Source: Actinomycetes bacterium
Lineage (GTDB): Bacteria; Actinomycetota; Thermoleophilia; RBG-16-64-13
DNA length: 55,035 nt
Reading direction: 5' to 3'
Assembly (NCBI GenBank): GCA_021802965.1
Contig: JAJZQZ010000001.1
Location: forward strand, 1-55,035
Positions 10,423 to 20,904 of this stretch are shown in pieces. Below the pieces are notes generated by a model that saw only the letters and a list, made by a program, of their open reading frames with translations, was not told where the DNA came from and did no database searches. Numbering within the stretch: the stretch's first letter is position 1; each line of letters opens with the position of its first letter. A program made the translations under genes and the position numbers.

Positions 10423-12654
10423 TCAGGCGGACCACTGTGGGTCCACGTCGATGATCAGATCCACTCCTCTGCGGGCGTACGGCGCCCGCAGCTGCTCAGC
10501 GGCTCGAGCCAGCAGGTGCCGGCTGCGTTCGGCGTCGTCTCCCAAAAGGAGAAGCTGCCAGCGTGCCCGGCCGCGCAGGCGCGGCAGTCGAGCAGGCCCC
10601 CTCACTGAGCCTTCGGCCAGGTGGGGACGGAGCCGGTCGGCCAGGTACGACGCCCCTGCTTGCGCCCGTGCCTCTTCCCGCGAAGAGACGAGCACACGGA
10701 TCAGTCGGCCGAAGGGCGGGTATCCGAGGCGCTCCCTGGCGGCGAGCTCGTCTCGGTAGAATGCCTGCACATCCCGGTCCACTGCCATTCTAATACAGGG
10801 CACTTCAGGATTCCACGTCTGCACCAGCACCCGCCCGGGATGCGCGGCTCTGCCCGCGCGTCCCGACACCTGCACCAAGAGCTGGAAGGTCCGCTCCACG
10901 GAGCGGAGATCGGGCAAGTAGAGGCCGGTGTCGGCATCGGCCACCACCACCAGGGTCACCAGGGGAAAATCGTGGCCCTTGGCCACCATCTGAGTCCCGA
11001 CGAGGATCGCCGGGGTGGTCCGTCCGAAGGCCTGCAATATCTCGCGGACTCGGGTGCCGCTGGTCACGACGTCGGAATCGAGTCTGAAGAGGCCGTCTTC
11101 AGGCACATAGCCTCGGAGCTCGTCGGCCAGCTTCTCGGTGCCGGGAGTGCCCCGAGCCAGGGCCGCTTCCCCGCAGACGGGACAGAGGCCGGGTGTCGGG
11201 GCCTGGAAGCCGCAGTGGTGGCAGAACAGGCCGTTGCGCGACCGGTGATAGGTGAGCGAGACCTCGCAGCGCGCGCACATGGGGACGTGGCCGCAGTGGT
11301 CGCAGTGCAGAAAGCCGGCGTATCCGCGGCGGTTGAGAAGCACGATGGCCTGCTCTCCGCGGGACACGGTCTCCTGGAGCGCGCGCCTGGAGCGTGGGGC
11401 GAGCACGCGGACGCCACCCTGGCGGCGCATGTCGACCACCTCCACGTCGGGAAGAGCACCGCCGGTGGGGCGTTCACGCAGGAGGATGGGTCTGGCTCCC
11501 CCGACCAACGTCTCCACCCGGGGAGTCGCCGTCCCCTCGATCAACAGACCTCCGACTCTGCGCACCCGCCACCAGGCGACCGTGCGCGCGTCATACCGAG
11601 GCTCCTCATCCTGCTTGTACGACGAGTCGTGCGCCTCGTCCACGACGATGACTCGAAGCTGCGGCACCGGGGCGAACACAGCGGACCGGGCCCCCACGAC
11701 CACCCTGGCCCGGCCCCCCGCGATCTCGCGATGCTGGGCCGCCCGCTGCCCGGGCGACAAGGCGCTGTGGAGCACTCCGACGGTTTCACCGAAGCGGGCG
11801 CGCAGCCGTTCGACGACCTGGCCGGTGAGGGCGATCTCGGGCACGAGGAGGATCGCCCCGCCCCCACTATCGACCACCCTCTCGAAGACGCGGGTGTAGA
11901 CCTCGGTCTTGCCGCTGCCGGTGACCCCCCACAGGAGCCTGCTCTCGGGGTCGGGGGTCTCGAGCGCCGCCGACAGCTCGTCGACGGCCGCCTGCTGTTC
12001 GGCCGACAGGATCAGTCTCGGCCTGGCCGCGGGAGCGCCTCCCTCAGGGCAGTCGGGCCTCGGGACGCCGCCTACGGACCGCGGACGATCCACCCGCTCC
12101 CCGGTGGCCGTGAGCGCACCCTTCTCGACCAAGGCCTGGACGACTCCTCGCCCCACTCCGGTCAGTCGGCACACATCCGCGAGGGGCAGGCCTTCATCGG
12201 GCACCACGGCGAGGGCCGACCGTTGTCGGGGTGTGAGAGCGCACGCGTCAAGGTCCGCGCCCTCGATCGGCCGCACCCAGGTGACCCGGCGCCCCGACGA
12301 CCCACTCGCAGCGGGCAGCAGGTGTGCGGGGACCACCGCGCGGAGGCAGGCCCCCCACGGAGCGAGGTAGTACTCGGAGAGCTCCCGCGCCAGCTCCAGC
12401 AGGTCCTCGGAGACGGCTTCGGGACCGACCACTTCGGCCCGAAGGAGCCGCGACGAGTCGACGGCGCCCGAGGCCCCATGCGCGACCACGACCCCGGTGA
12501 TCCGTCTCCGCCCAAAGGGGATACGGACGACGGAGCCTACCGAGGGCGGCGCTGCATCTGCGGACTCACCGACCAGGTAGTCGAATGTCCGCGCGGCCAG
12601 GGAGCGCACCCCTAGGAGCGGCACCACTTGGACGACGCAGGGACCTCCGCCCAC
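10423..12654 (-). CDS. priA: primosomal protein N' (replication restart helicase PriA)
   Basis: ORF of 743 aa. Walker A GVTGSGKTEVY, a DEAH-like VVDEAHD box, and a Cys-rich zinc insertion (CDHCGHVPMCARC..CHHCG..CPVCG). Confidence 0.9.
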   Translation of the reverse strand: MGGGPCVVQVVPLLGVRSLAARTFDYLVGESADAAPPSVGSVVRIPFGRRRITGVVVAHGASGAVDSSRLLRAEVVGPEAVSEDLLELARELSEYYLAPWGACLRAVVPAHLLPAASGSSGRRVTWVRPIEGADLDACALTPRQRSALAVVPDEGLPLADVCRLTGVGRGVVQALVEKGALTATGERVDRPRSVGGVPRPDCPEGGAPAARPRLILSAEQQAAVDELSAALETPDPESRLLWGVTGSGKTEVYTRVFERVVDSGGGAILLVPEIALTGQVVERLRARFGETVGVLHSALSPGQRAAQHREIAGGRARVVVGARSAVFAPVPQLRVIVVDEAHDSSYKQDEEPRYDARTVAWWRVRRVGGLLIEGTATPRVETLVGGARPILLRERPTGGALPDVEVVDMRRQGGVRVLAPRSRRALQETVSRGEQAIVLLNRRGYAGFLHCDHCGHVPMCARCEVSLTYHRSRNGLFCHHCGFQAPTPGLCPVCGEAALARGTPGTEKLADELRGYVPEDGLFRLDSDVVTSGTRVREILQAFGRTTPAILVGTQMVAKGHDFPLVTLVVVADADTGLYLPDLRSVERTFQLLVQVSGRAGRAAHPGRVLVQTWNPEVPCIRMAVDRDVQAFYRDELAARERLGYPPFGRLIRVLVSSREEARAQAGASYLADRLRPHLAEGSVRGPARLPRLRGRARWQLLLLGDDAERSRHLLARAAEQLRAPYARRGVDLIIDVDPQWSA

Positions 12655-12683
12655 AGGCTACCGCTCCCCGAGGGGTCGTGTGC

Positions 12684-13898
12684 TCAGTCGAGCCCTGCCT
12701 CCCTGCGCAGGTCGGCCGCCCTGTCGGTGCGCTCCCAGGTGAAGTCGTGGTCCTCGCGCCCGAAGTGCCCGTATGCCGCCGTCTTCTCGTAGATGGGCCG
12801 CTTCAGGTTCAGGTCGCGGATGATGGCCGCGGGCCGCAGGTCGAAGTGCTCGAGGATGAGCTCCCGGATGCGGGCCTCGGATATCACCTCGGTGCCGAAG
12901 CAGTCGACCATGACGCTCACCGGGTGTGCGACTCCGATGGCATACGCCACCTGCACCTCGCACCGGTCGGACAGCCCCGCCGCCACGATGTTCTTCGCGA
13001 CGTAGCGGGCGGCGTAGGCGGCCGAGCGATCGACCTTCGACGGATCCTTGCCCGAGAAGCAGCCCCCGCCGTGCCGACCGAAGCCACCGTAGGTGTCGAC
13101 GATGATCTTGCGCCCTGTCAGCCCCGTGTCGCCCATGGGCCCGCCCACCACGAACTTGCCCGTGGGGTTGACGTAGAGCTTCGTCTCCTTGAAGTCGGGG
13201 TCGTACAGTCCGGCCGGCAGGACGGGCCGCACGACGTGCTCGATGAGATCGGGCCGCATGAGGGTCTCGATATCGATGCCGTCGCGGTGCTGGCTGGAGA
13301 TGACGACGGCGGTGATGAACTGAGGCCGGCCGCCGCGGTATCGGACCGTCACCTGGCTCTTGGCATCGGGACGCAGGTACGGCATGACGTCGCCGCGGCG
13401 CACCTCGGCGCAGCGGTGCACGAGTCGGTGGGCCAGGTGGATGGGCAGCGGCATGAGGACGTCGGTGTCGCGGCAGGCGTAACCGAACATCATGCCCTGG
13501 TCGCCCGCACCCTGCTTGTCGAGCTCGTCTTCGTCACCAGGGTCGGTGCGCGCCTCCAGAGCCTTCTCGACGCCCTGCGCGATGTCGGGGGATTGTTCGT
13601 GGATGGAGGTGATCACCCCACAGGTCTCGGCGTCGAAGCCGTACTTGGCCCGGTCGTAGCCGATCTTGGCGATCGTGCGTCGGGCGATGCCGGGGATGTC
13701 CACATATTCCTTGGTGGTGATCTCTCCGGAGATAACCACCAGGCCGGTGGTGACCAGTGTCTCGCAGGCTACCCGACCGTTGGGATCCACCGCGAGGACG
13801 GCGTCGAGCACGGCATCGGACACCTGGTCGGCCATCTTGTCCGGGTGGCCTTCGCCCACCGACTCCGACGTGAACAAGAACTCGTGATCCTCCACCAT
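12684..13898 (-). CDS. metK: S-adenosylmethionine synthase
   Basis: ORF of 404 aa. Motifs [19 protein letters not shown] and GGGCFSGKD. Confidence 0.97.
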   Translation of the reverse strand: MVEDHEFLFTSESVGEGHPDKMADQVSDAVLDAVLAVDPNGRVACETLVTTGLVVISGEITTKEYVDIPGIARRTIAKIGYDRAKYGFDAETCGVITSIHEQSPDIAQGVEKALEARTDPGDEDELDKQGAGDQGMMFGYACRDTDVLMPLPIHLAHRLVHRCAEVRRGDVMPYLRPDAKSQVTVRYRGGRPQFITAVVISSQHRDGIDIETLMRPDLIEHVVRPVLPAGLYDPDFKETKLYVNPTGKFVVGGPMGDTGLTGRKIIVDTYGGFGRHGGGCFSGKDPSKVDRSAAYAARYVAKNIVAAGLSDRCEVQVAYAIGVAHPVSVMVDCFGTEVISEARIRELILEHFDLRPAAIIRDLNLKRPIYEKTAAYGHFGREDHDFTWERTDRAADLRREAGLD

Positions 13899-13980
13899 CT
13901 ACCTCCGTGTGTGCGCCAAAGGACTCAAGGCCGCGCGCATTCGACGGACCCTTCGTCGCTCGAATCGTGTCCGGGGCAGT

Positions 13981-14295
13981 CTACCAGGTGCTGGAGGCGC
14001 CTGGTGCCGTGGGGCGTGGAACGTCTTCCCTGTCCTCGAACGGGATGAGCAGCTTGATGTCTTCGATCCTGACCATCAAGCTGGGGCAGGAGCGGAAAGA
14101 AGCCGTCTCCTCCTTCGCCGGCCGGAACCAGGCGTCGGTCAGCACCAAGAAGCGAACGGTGGGGTCGTTGAGTAAGTCCGAGGCCCGTTCCCTATAGCCG
14201 CCGGGCTTGGTGTGCACCAGGCCCTGCATCAGATACTCGTCGGTGTAGATCTTGACCCGCACCGGATTGGTCTTGATGCGAGAGTTCATGCTCAC
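13981..14295 (-). CDS. small hypothetical protein
   Basis: ORF of 104 aa that overlaps the thioesterase stop by 4 nt, suggesting operon coupling. No family recognised. Confidence 0.45.
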   Translation of the reverse strand: MSMNSRIKTNPVRVKIYTDEYLMQGLVHTKPGGYRERASDLLNDPTVRFLVLTDAWFRPAKEETASFRSCPSLMVRIEDIKLLIPFEDREDVPRPTAPGASSTW

Positions 14296-14732
14296 GTGTC
14301 CTCCGATCCCCCTGTCGCCAGGCGTTCATTCATCCTCTGTGCGAAGCGGGCAAGGTCGATCACGAAACGCTCGTGCGTGCCCCTGCCCACCTCCCCCACC
14401 TCATCGGCAACGGAGACCGAGAAGACAAGCCTTCGTCCTTCGACGACGTCCAGCACGGCGCGGGCCCGCACACTCATGCCCACCGGTGTAGGCGCGAGAT
14501 GAGCCACGTCGATCCGTGAGCCGACCGTGGACGTGCCCGCTTCGAGATGCGCGCTCACCGCCTTGACCGCCGCGCCTTCCATCAGACCGATCATCGACGG
14601 CGTCGAAAGGCCGGCCACCAATCCCGAGCCCACTGCGGCGGCGGTCATCGCGTCGGTCACGACGATCTCGGTCTCGGCCCACATGCCCGCTTCCAGTGCC
14701 ACGCCCCCCCCTTCGCCCGAACGGCCCCCCAC
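14292..14732 (-). CDS. hotdog-fold thioesterase (FlK-like family)
   Basis: ORF of 146 aa. Pattern VTDAMTAAAVGSG....STPSMIGLMEGAA ... RRLVFSVSVADEVGEVGRGTHERFVI is typical of this small thioesterase family. Confidence 0.7.
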   Translation of the reverse strand: MGGRSGEGGGVALEAGMWAETEIVVTDAMTAAAVGSGLVAGLSTPSMIGLMEGAAVKAVSAHLEAGTSTVGSRIDVAHLAPTPVGMSVRARAVLDVVEGRRLVFSVSVADEVGEVGRGTHERFVIDLARFAQRMNERLATGGSEDT

Positions 14733-14734
14733 TC

Positions 14735-16036
14735 TCAGGAGCGGCGGTCGATCACCCGTCGGGCCTTGCCTGTATGTCGGGGCACCGTCTTGGGTTCGAC
14801 CAGCTTGACCCGGGCCCTCACGCCCAGCTCCTCCTGGAGCCTATCCTCGACATGTCGCTCGAACTCGACCAGCTGCCGCATAGCATCGGGGAATACCGCA
14901 GGCTCGACCTCCACCTGCACGACCATCTCGTCCATCGGCCCCTTTCGGTCGAGAAGGATCTGGAAGTGGGGCTCGATCCCTTCGATGTCCATCAGCACAT
15001 CCTCCACCTGCGAGGGAAAGACATTGACTCCCCGGACGATGATCATGTCGTCGGTGCGCGCGTAGACCTTCGTGTGTCGCGCAAGGGTGCGTCCGCACGC
15101 GCAGGGCCGGAAGGTCACCGAGGCAAGGTCGCCCGTGCGATATCGCAAGACCGGTACGGCCTCTTTGGTCAAGGCCGAAAAGACCAGCTCGCCCTCTGTT
15201 CCTTCGGGGACGTTCTCCCCTGTCACCGGGTCGACCACCTCGACGATGAAGTGGTCCTCGTTGATGTGAAGGCCGTCCTTGAGCGGGCACTCTCCAGAGA
15301 TGCCGGGGCCCATCACCTCGGTGAGGCCGTAGTTGTCCGATGCCGTCAGCCCCATGCGCTTCTCGAGCTCCTGGCGCAGGTTGTTGGTCCAGGATTCGGC
15401 ACCGAAGAGCCCCACCCGCACGTTCAGCTCCCCCCAGTCGAAGCCCAGATCCGCGGCCGTCTCGGCTATGTAGAGCGCGTATGACGGAGTGCAGACCAGC
15501 ACCGTCGTCTTGTAGTCACGCATGATGGTGAGCTGACGCCGCGTGTTCCCGGTCGATGCGGGGATGACCGAAGCCCCGATGCGTTCGAGTCCGCCGTGAA
15601 GTCCGAAGGCCCCCGTCTGCAGGCCGTACCCGAACGCCACTTGGGCCACGTCATGCGGGCGAGCCCCTCCGGCCGTGACCACCCGGGCGCATAGCTCGGC
15701 CCACGTGTTCAGATCGCCCCGCGTGTAGCCCACCACGATCGGCCGTGCGGTCGTGCCGGTCGACGAGTGGATCCGCACCACGCGCTCGAGAGGCACGGCG
15801 AAGAGGTCGTAGGGGTAGGCTTTACGGAAGTCCTCCTTGACGGTGAACGGGATGCGAGACAGGTCGTCGAGGCTGCGCACGTCATCGGGGTGCAGTCCCG
15901 CGCCGTCCCACTTGTCCTTGTAGAAGGGGACGTTCTTGTAACTCCATCGCAGGGTCATCTGGAGGCGCTGCAACTGGAGGGCCCGCAGCTCGTCGCGCCC
16001 CATGGTCTCGTACTCAAGGTTCCAGATCTCGTTCAT
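14735..16036 (-). CDS. paaK: phenylacetate-CoA ligase family adenylating enzyme
   Basis: ORF of 433 aa. PaaK-type N-terminus (E.M.RDELRALQL.RL) plus SSTGTTARP and YRTGD motifs. Confidence 0.88.
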   Translation of the reverse strand: MNEIWNLEYETMGRDELRALQLQRLQMTLRWSYKNVPFYKDKWDGAGLHPDDVRSLDDLSRIPFTVKEDFRKAYPYDLFAVPLERVVRIHSSTGTTARPIVVGYTRGDLNTWAELCARVVTAGGARPHDVAQVAFGYGLQTGAFGLHGGLERIGASVIPASTGNTRRQLTIMRDYKTTVLVCTPSYALYIAETAADLGFDWGELNVRVGLFGAESWTNNLRQELEKRMGLTASDNYGLTEVMGPGISGECPLKDGLHINEDHFIVEVVDPVTGENVPEGTEGELVFSALTKEAVPVLRYRTGDLASVTFRPCACGRTLARHTKVYARTDDMIIVRGVNVFPSQVEDVLMDIEGIEPHFQILLDRKGPMDEMVVQVEVEPAVFPDAMRQLVEFERHVEDRLQEELGVRARVKLVEPKTVPRHTGKARRVIDRRS

Positions 16037-16779
16037 CCACCCTCCGTCCCAGAGACTCCACGGCCCGCGTGTCGGCCGAAATAGATCGCCTGAACCTCAG
16101 GGTTGCCGAGGAGACCTTCCGCGGAGTCCTCGAGCATGACCTGCCCGCGCACCATCACGAGACCGCGGTGGGCGAGACTGAGGGCGATGCGTGCGTCCTG
16201 CTCCACCAGCAGCATGGCCAGTCCCGCCTCATTGAGGCGCCGCAACGTCCGGAAGATCTCCCTGACTATCAGGGGGGCCAGCCCCATCGATGGTTCGTCG
16301 AGCAGCAGCAGTCGCGGCTCGGCCATCAGGGCGCGACCTATGGCGAGCATCTGTTGCTCGCCGCCCGACAGCGTACCCGCCTGCTGAGCCCGGCGCTCTT
16401 CGAGCAACGGGAAGAGCGCGAAGACCTCCTTCATCTTCTCTCCGGCGGGCCGACCTCGCCTGCCGCGGCGGGTGTACGAGCCCAGCTGAAGGTTCTCCTC
16501 GACGCTCAAGGGCCCGAACAGCTGTCGTCCCTCGGGCACCTGGACGACACCGGCGGAGGCGATCGCCTCGACGCTCATGCGCAGCAGGTCGTTGCCCGCG
16601 AAATCCATCGCGCCGGAGCGGTTGCCGACGGTCCCGGATATGGCTCTCAGAAGGGTGCTCTTCCCCGCGCCGTTGGCCCCGATGATCGTGACGATCTCGC
16701 GGTCGGCGACGGCGAGGTCGATCCCCCGCAGCACCTCGATGCGGCCGTAGCCGGCCCGTAGTCCGGAGATGGCCAACAT
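16033..16779 (-). CDS. livF: branched-chain amino acid ABC transporter ATP-binding protein (LivF type)
   Basis: ORF of 248 aa. Walker A GANGAGKST and the signature LSGGEQQML. Confidence 0.9.
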   Translation of the reverse strand: MLAISGLRAGYGRIEVLRGIDLAVADREIVTIIGANGAGKSTLLRAISGTVGNRSGAMDFAGNDLLRMSVEAIASAGVVQVPEGRQLFGPLSVEENLQLGSYTRRGRRGRPAGEKMKEVFALFPLLEERRAQQAGTLSGGEQQMLAIGRALMAEPRLLLLDEPSMGLAPLIVREIFRTLRRLNEAGLAMLLVEQDARIALSLAHRGLVMVRGQVMLEDSAEGLLGNPEVQAIYFGRHAGRGVSGTEGG

Positions 16780-17543
16780 CAGGCGAGATCGTCCCCGAGG
16801 TAGGCGCGTATGACCTCCTCGTCGTTCTGGATCATGAGCGGCGGACCCTCGGCGATCTTCTTGCCGTAGTCCAAGACCACCACCTCGTCCGAGATGTCCA
16901 TCACGAACCCCATATCGTGCTCGACCAGCAGGATGGTGACCCCGTTGTCGCGGATCTGACGCACCAGGTCGGCCAGGCGGTCGGTCTCGTCGTTGTTCAG
17001 GCCCGCGGCAGGCTCGTCCAGGAGCAGCACCGTGGGTTCCGTCGCCAACGAGCGCGCTATCTCCAACAGGTGCCTGTCTCCCATGGGGAGGTTGCCGGCG
17101 AGCTCCCCGGCCTGCGCCTCCAGCCCGACGCGCTTGAGGGCCTCGAAGGCGGTCTCGCGGACCTGCCGCTCCTCGTTCCGGTGACGCCGAAGGGAGAAGA
17201 AGCTCGAAAAGATGCCTGCTCTGCCCCGTTGATAGCGTCCGACCTTGACGTTGTCGAGCACGGTCATGTCATCGAAGACCTTGCTGTGCTGAAAGGTCCG
17301 CCCGATACCGAGGCCGGCCGCCTCGTGACGACGCAGGGTGCCGAGGTCATGGTCGCGAAAATATATGTGCCCCGCCGTCGGCCGGTCGACCCCCGAGATC
17401 AGGTTGAAGAGGGTGGTCTTGCCGGCCCCGTTCGGCCCGATCAGAGCCTTGACCTGGCCCTCGTACAGCGTGAAGGAGACTCTTTTCAGGGCGTCGAGCC
17501 CCCCGAAATTCTTCGACACGTCCTCCACCCGCATGATCGGCAT
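16779..17543 (-). CDS. livG: branched-chain amino acid ABC transporter ATP-binding protein (LivG type)
   Basis: ORF of 254 aa. Walker A GPNGAGKTT and Walker B LLLDEPAAGL. Confidence 0.9.
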   Translation of the reverse strand: MPIMRVEDVSKNFGGLDALKRVSFTLYEGQVKALIGPNGAGKTTLFNLISGVDRPTAGHIYFRDHDLGTLRRHEAAGLGIGRTFQHSKVFDDMTVLDNVKVGRYQRGRAGIFSSFFSLRRHRNEERQVRETAFEALKRVGLEAQAGELAGNLPMGDRHLLEIARSLATEPTVLLLDEPAAGLNNDETDRLADLVRQIRDNGVTILLVEHDMGFVMDISDEVVVLDYGKKIAEGPPLMIQNDEEVIRAYLGDDLA

Positions 17544-18532
17544 CAGGTGTCCTCCGCCGGTAGTGCGTCTGGCGGCGTGAACCTACGCCTCAACCTAGCG
17601 GGCACATGCCGAAGGCCCACCAGCCCTCCGGGTAGGAATATCATGACCACGATCAGCATCAGCCCGAAGACCAAGTTGGTGTAGTCCTGGTTGAAGCGCT
17701 TGAGGTACTCGGGCAGGAACAACATGAAGATAGAGCCCCACACCGCCCCCCACACGTTGCCCAACCCGCCCAGGACCACGGTGGTGACCAGGACGACGGA
17801 GAAGGTGACGCTGAAGCTATCCGGGCTGATGTAATGGATGTAGTGCACGTAGAAGCTTCCGGCCACGCTCGCGAACACGGCCGAGACCACGAAGACCTGC
17901 ACCTTGCGGAACGACGTGTTGACTCCCAGCGAGAGCGCGGCGATCTCGGCCCGGTCGAGGGCCCGCAGCGACCGACCCACCCGCGAATCCACCAAGTTCA
18001 GCGACATGCGCAACATCAACAAGGCGACTCCCCAGGCGAGCCAGTGATACGCACGTGGCCGGCCGAAGTCGAGCGACCCGATGGTGAGCGAAGGGATGCC
18101 CGATATGCCATCGGTGCCCAGGGTGAGGCCTTTGAGTTGCACAAGGAGGATGAAGACGATCTCCCCGAAGCCGAGCGTAGCCATGGCCAGGTAATGGCCC
18201 CTCAGCTTGAGTGTGGGCACGCCTAGGATCGCGGCGACGCCCGCGGCGAGCAGGGCGGCGACGAGCATCGCCAACCACGGGTTGACCGACCATCGAGTGG
18301 TCATCACCGCCGAGCCGTAGGCCCCGATCGCTACGAAGGCCGCGTGCCCCAGCGATACCTGTCCCGCCTGCCCCATGAGCAGGTTAAGGCCGAGGGCGAC
18401 CATCAAGCGGGTCGCGGTAAAGGCCAGGATCGACAGGTAGTACTTGTTCCCGATGAAGAGCGGCGCGCACATGGCTACCGCCGAGAAAGCCAGGAAGGCG
18501 GCGTGCTTGCGGGCGTAGGCGACTATGCCCAA
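17543..18532 (-). CDS. livM: branched-chain amino acid ABC transporter permease (LivM type)
   Basis: ORF of 329 aa, polytopic and hydrophobic. Motif GQVSLGHAAF. Confidence 0.85.
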   Translation of the reverse strand: MGIVAYARKHAAFLAFSAVAMCAPLFIGNKYYLSILAFTATRLMVALGLNLLMGQAGQVSLGHAAFVAIGAYGSAVMTTRWSVNPWLAMLVAALLAAGVAAILGVPTLKLRGHYLAMATLGFGEIVFILLVQLKGLTLGTDGISGIPSLTIGSLDFGRPRAYHWLAWGVALLMLRMSLNLVDSRVGRSLRALDRAEIAALSLGVNTSFRKVQVFVVSAVFASVAGSFYVHYIHYISPDSFSVTFSVVLVTTVVLGGLGNVWGAVWGSIFMLFLPEYLKRFNQDYTNLVFGLMLIVVMIFLPGGLVGLRHVPARLRRRFTPPDALPAEDT

Positions 18533-18536
18533 GCCC

Positions 18537-19427
18537 TTACACTTTCTCGACGGTGCGGCGGCCGAAGAGGCCCTGGGGCCGGGCGAAGAGGATCACAAGC
18601 AGGATAAGGAAGGCCACTCCGTCTTTGTATCCCGAGGACCCTGAGAAGGGCAGGAACCCTACGGTCAATGCTTCGAGGATGCCCAGGATGAGCCCGCCCG
18701 CGACGGCGCCCACCGGATTACCGAGTCCCCCCAGGATGCAGGCGGCGAATCCCTTCAAGCCGATCAAGGCGCCCGCGCTGTAGCTCATGAAGCTGACGGG
18801 CGTGATCATCACCCCGCCGGCTGCCGATATGGCCGCCGAGAGCCCGAACGACAGAAGCACGACCCGCGAATAGGAGATGCCCATGAGTCGGGCGGCCGTC
18901 GGGTTCACCGAGCAGGCACGCACGGCCTTGCCGGTGAGCGTGCGCCGATAGAACAGTTGCAGCGCGACGACGATGACCAGGGTGAGACCGAGGACCCACA
19001 ATGTCTGTGGCAAGATACTGGCGCCCAAGATCACGATGGGGGAATCCCCTGAGAACGGCGGCAACGGCAGGGATTCACGGCCCCAGATGAGCATGGCGAC
19101 CGTCCGGATGGCAAGCGAGGCCCCGATGGTCACGATGATCTGCGCCAAGACCCCGGCCGACAGCAGCGGTCGGATCGCGAGTTGCTCGAAGATGACACCC
19201 ACGATACCCACCAGCGCGACCGCGACCAGGAAGGCCAAAGGGAGCGGGGCCCCCCACTCGTGCATGCTGATGGCCACCAACCCTCCCAGCATCACGAACT
19301 CGCCCTGGGCGAAGTTGATGATGTCGGTGGAGTTGTAGATCAGGGTGAAGCCGAGGGCCGTCAGGGCATAGATGCTTCCGCTCGTGATGCCGCTGGATAT
19401 GTACTGGAGGAACTGGTCGAAGCTCAC
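18537..19427 (-). CDS. livH: branched-chain amino acid ABC transporter permease (LivH type)
   Basis: ORF 18537..19505. The likely start is GTG 19427, preceded by AGGAG. Motif NFAQGEFVMLG. Confidence 0.85.
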   Translation of the reverse strand: MSFDQFLQYISSGITSGSIYALTALGFTLIYNSTDIINFAQGEFVMLGGLVAISMHEWGAPLPLAFLVAVALVGIVGVIFEQLAIRPLLSAGVLAQIIVTIGASLAIRTVAMLIWGRESLPLPPFSGDSPIVILGASILPQTLWVLGLTLVIVVALQLFYRRTLTGKAVRACSVNPTAARLMGISYSRVVLLSFGLSAAISAAGGVMITPVSFMSYSAGALIGLKGFAACILGGLGNPVGAVAGGLILGILEALTVGFLPFSGSSGYKDGVAFLILLVILFARPQGLFGRRTVEKV

Positions 19428-19508
19428 CCTGCTCCTGTCCGATTCGATGCGACGTCGATGATGCGGTCGAGGCGGCGGCCGGCATCGGCCGCCGCCTCGA
19501 CACATCTC

Positions 19509-20771
19509 TTACTCGGCCAGTACCCAGGTGCCGTTCTGGATCTTGACCACCGTCAGGTCGTCGACGGTGAGACCGTCGTGATCCGTGGTGGTGTAGTTGT
19601 AGATACCGTCGGGGGTGGCGACTCCCCGGGTCTCGTTGAGCGCCTTCTGCACGGCGGCCGCGTCAGTGCTGCCGGCCTTGGTTATGGCGTTGACCAGCAA
19701 CGTCAGACCGCCGAAAGCGTGACCCGCGAAGGTCGGAGGCATCTGCCCCGTGGCTTCCTTGTAGGCAGCCACGAAGGTGTCTACCACCGACTTCTGCGCC
19801 GGGTCGGTGAACGACGAAGGCACGAGCAGCCGACCGGCGGGGAAGATGACTCCCTCCGCGGCGGCGCCGGCCAGATCGATGAACTTCTTGTTGGCGATGC
19901 CGTGGCTGCCGACATACGGCTGGGTCATGCCGAGCTGCTTCATGTTCTTCGCCGCCACAGCCGGTCCCGGATTGGTGCCCCACACCACGATGACTTCAGG
20001 ATTGGCGGCCTTGATCTTGGTCAGCTGAGCGGTGAGGTCGGTGTCCTCGGTCTTGTACGACTCCTTGGCCACGACTTCGAGTCCGAAGTCGCCGATACGC
20101 TTCTCGATCTCGGCGGCGCCAGACGCGCCGTACGCGTTCTCATCGTGCAGCAGGCCGATCTTCTTGAGTTTCATGACGCCGGAGATGTACTCCAGAGCCT
20201 TCTGCACGGCCAGGGCATCCCGGGGCGGGGCCCGCCAGGTCCAATCGATCGGAGGCTCGGTGATCTTGTTCGCCGCCGCCAGAGCGATGAGCGGTATGCC
20301 CGCCTGCTCCGTGATCGGCTTGATGGCCAGTGTGGACGGCGAGGTCGAGCTGCCGAGCACGGCGATCGCCTTGTCTTGCTGGAGCAGTTTGGTGACGGCC
20401 GTCACGGCTTCCTTCGGGTTGGTCTGATCGTCCTCGATCACGATCTTCACCGGTCGTCCGAGGACGCCGCCCGCGTTGTTGAGCTCAGTCTCCATCATCT
20501 TGAGCGTCGCACGCTCCGGCTCACCCAGCGGCGAGCCGGGGCCCGTCGCGGAAAGCACCGCGCCGATCACGATGGGGTCGCCGGTCGGTGCGACGGCCGT
20601 GCTCTCCGTGCTCGCCGGGGCCGTCGTCGTGCCCGTGTCACCCGATGCCGTGGTCGTCGGGCCCTCCGCTGCGGCCGTGGTCGTGGTGGTGCCCCCACCG
20701 CATCCCGTGACCGCCAGGACGAGTAGACTCGCCAAAGCTAGTACAAGCAGCGCCACATATCGATTCCTCAT
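19509..20771 (-). CDS. ABC transporter substrate-binding lipoprotein (LivJ/K-like)
   Basis: ORF of 420 aa. Lipobox LAVTGC, a Thr/Ala-rich linker, then a type I periplasmic-binding-fold sequence. Confidence 0.88.
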   Translation of the reverse strand: MRNRYVALLVLALASLLVLAVTGCGGGTTTTTAAAEGPTTTASGDTGTTTAPASTESTAVAPTGDPIVIGAVLSATGPGSPLGEPERATLKMMETELNNAGGVLGRPVKIVIEDDQTNPKEAVTAVTKLLQQDKAIAVLGSSTSPSTLAIKPITEQAGIPLIALAAANKITEPPIDWTWRAPPRDALAVQKALEYISGVMKLKKIGLLHDENAYGASGAAEIEKRIGDFGLEVVAKESYKTEDTDLTAQLTKIKAANPEVIVVWGTNPGPAVAAKNMKQLGMTQPYVGSHGIANKKFIDLAGAAAEGVIFPAGRLLVPSSFTDPAQKSVVDTFVAAYKEATGQMPPTFAGHAFGGLTLLVNAITKAGSTDAAAVQKALNETRGVATPDGIYNYTTTDHDGLTVDDLTVVKIQNGTWVLAE

Positions 20772-20904
20772 GCATTCCTCCCCTCGCGCGTTTCCCTCGA
20801 CACTTCTTCGGGCTCCCGCCGGCCCCCTCCTGGCTGCGGGTGTCGTCCCCTCTTGGCTTCCCCCAGCTTCGTAGGGAGACCCATGTTAACCGGGTCCTCG
20901 GTCA

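Noticed and set aside
10621-12615. Very long ORFs antisense to real genes. Examples are 10621..12615 opposite priA, 40045..42042 opposite dapL/dapF, 4770..6218 opposite ribBA, 51601..53148 opposite selU/ftsK, 19182..20726 opposite the binding protein, 12585..14048 opposite metK and 1908..3179 opposite yloV.
   Set aside because: - Their translations are low-complexity Arg/Gly/Pro/His-rich strings with no recognisable motifs.
- The opposite strand in each case encodes a textbook protein.
- Open antisense frames are expected in high-GC DNA because stop codons are rare.
13899-13980. Possible SAM riboswitch upstream of metK.
   Set aside because: - The gap is only 82 nt.
- I could not find SAM-I, SAM-II or SAM-IV core motifs, only a small ATTCGA...TCGAAT hairpin.
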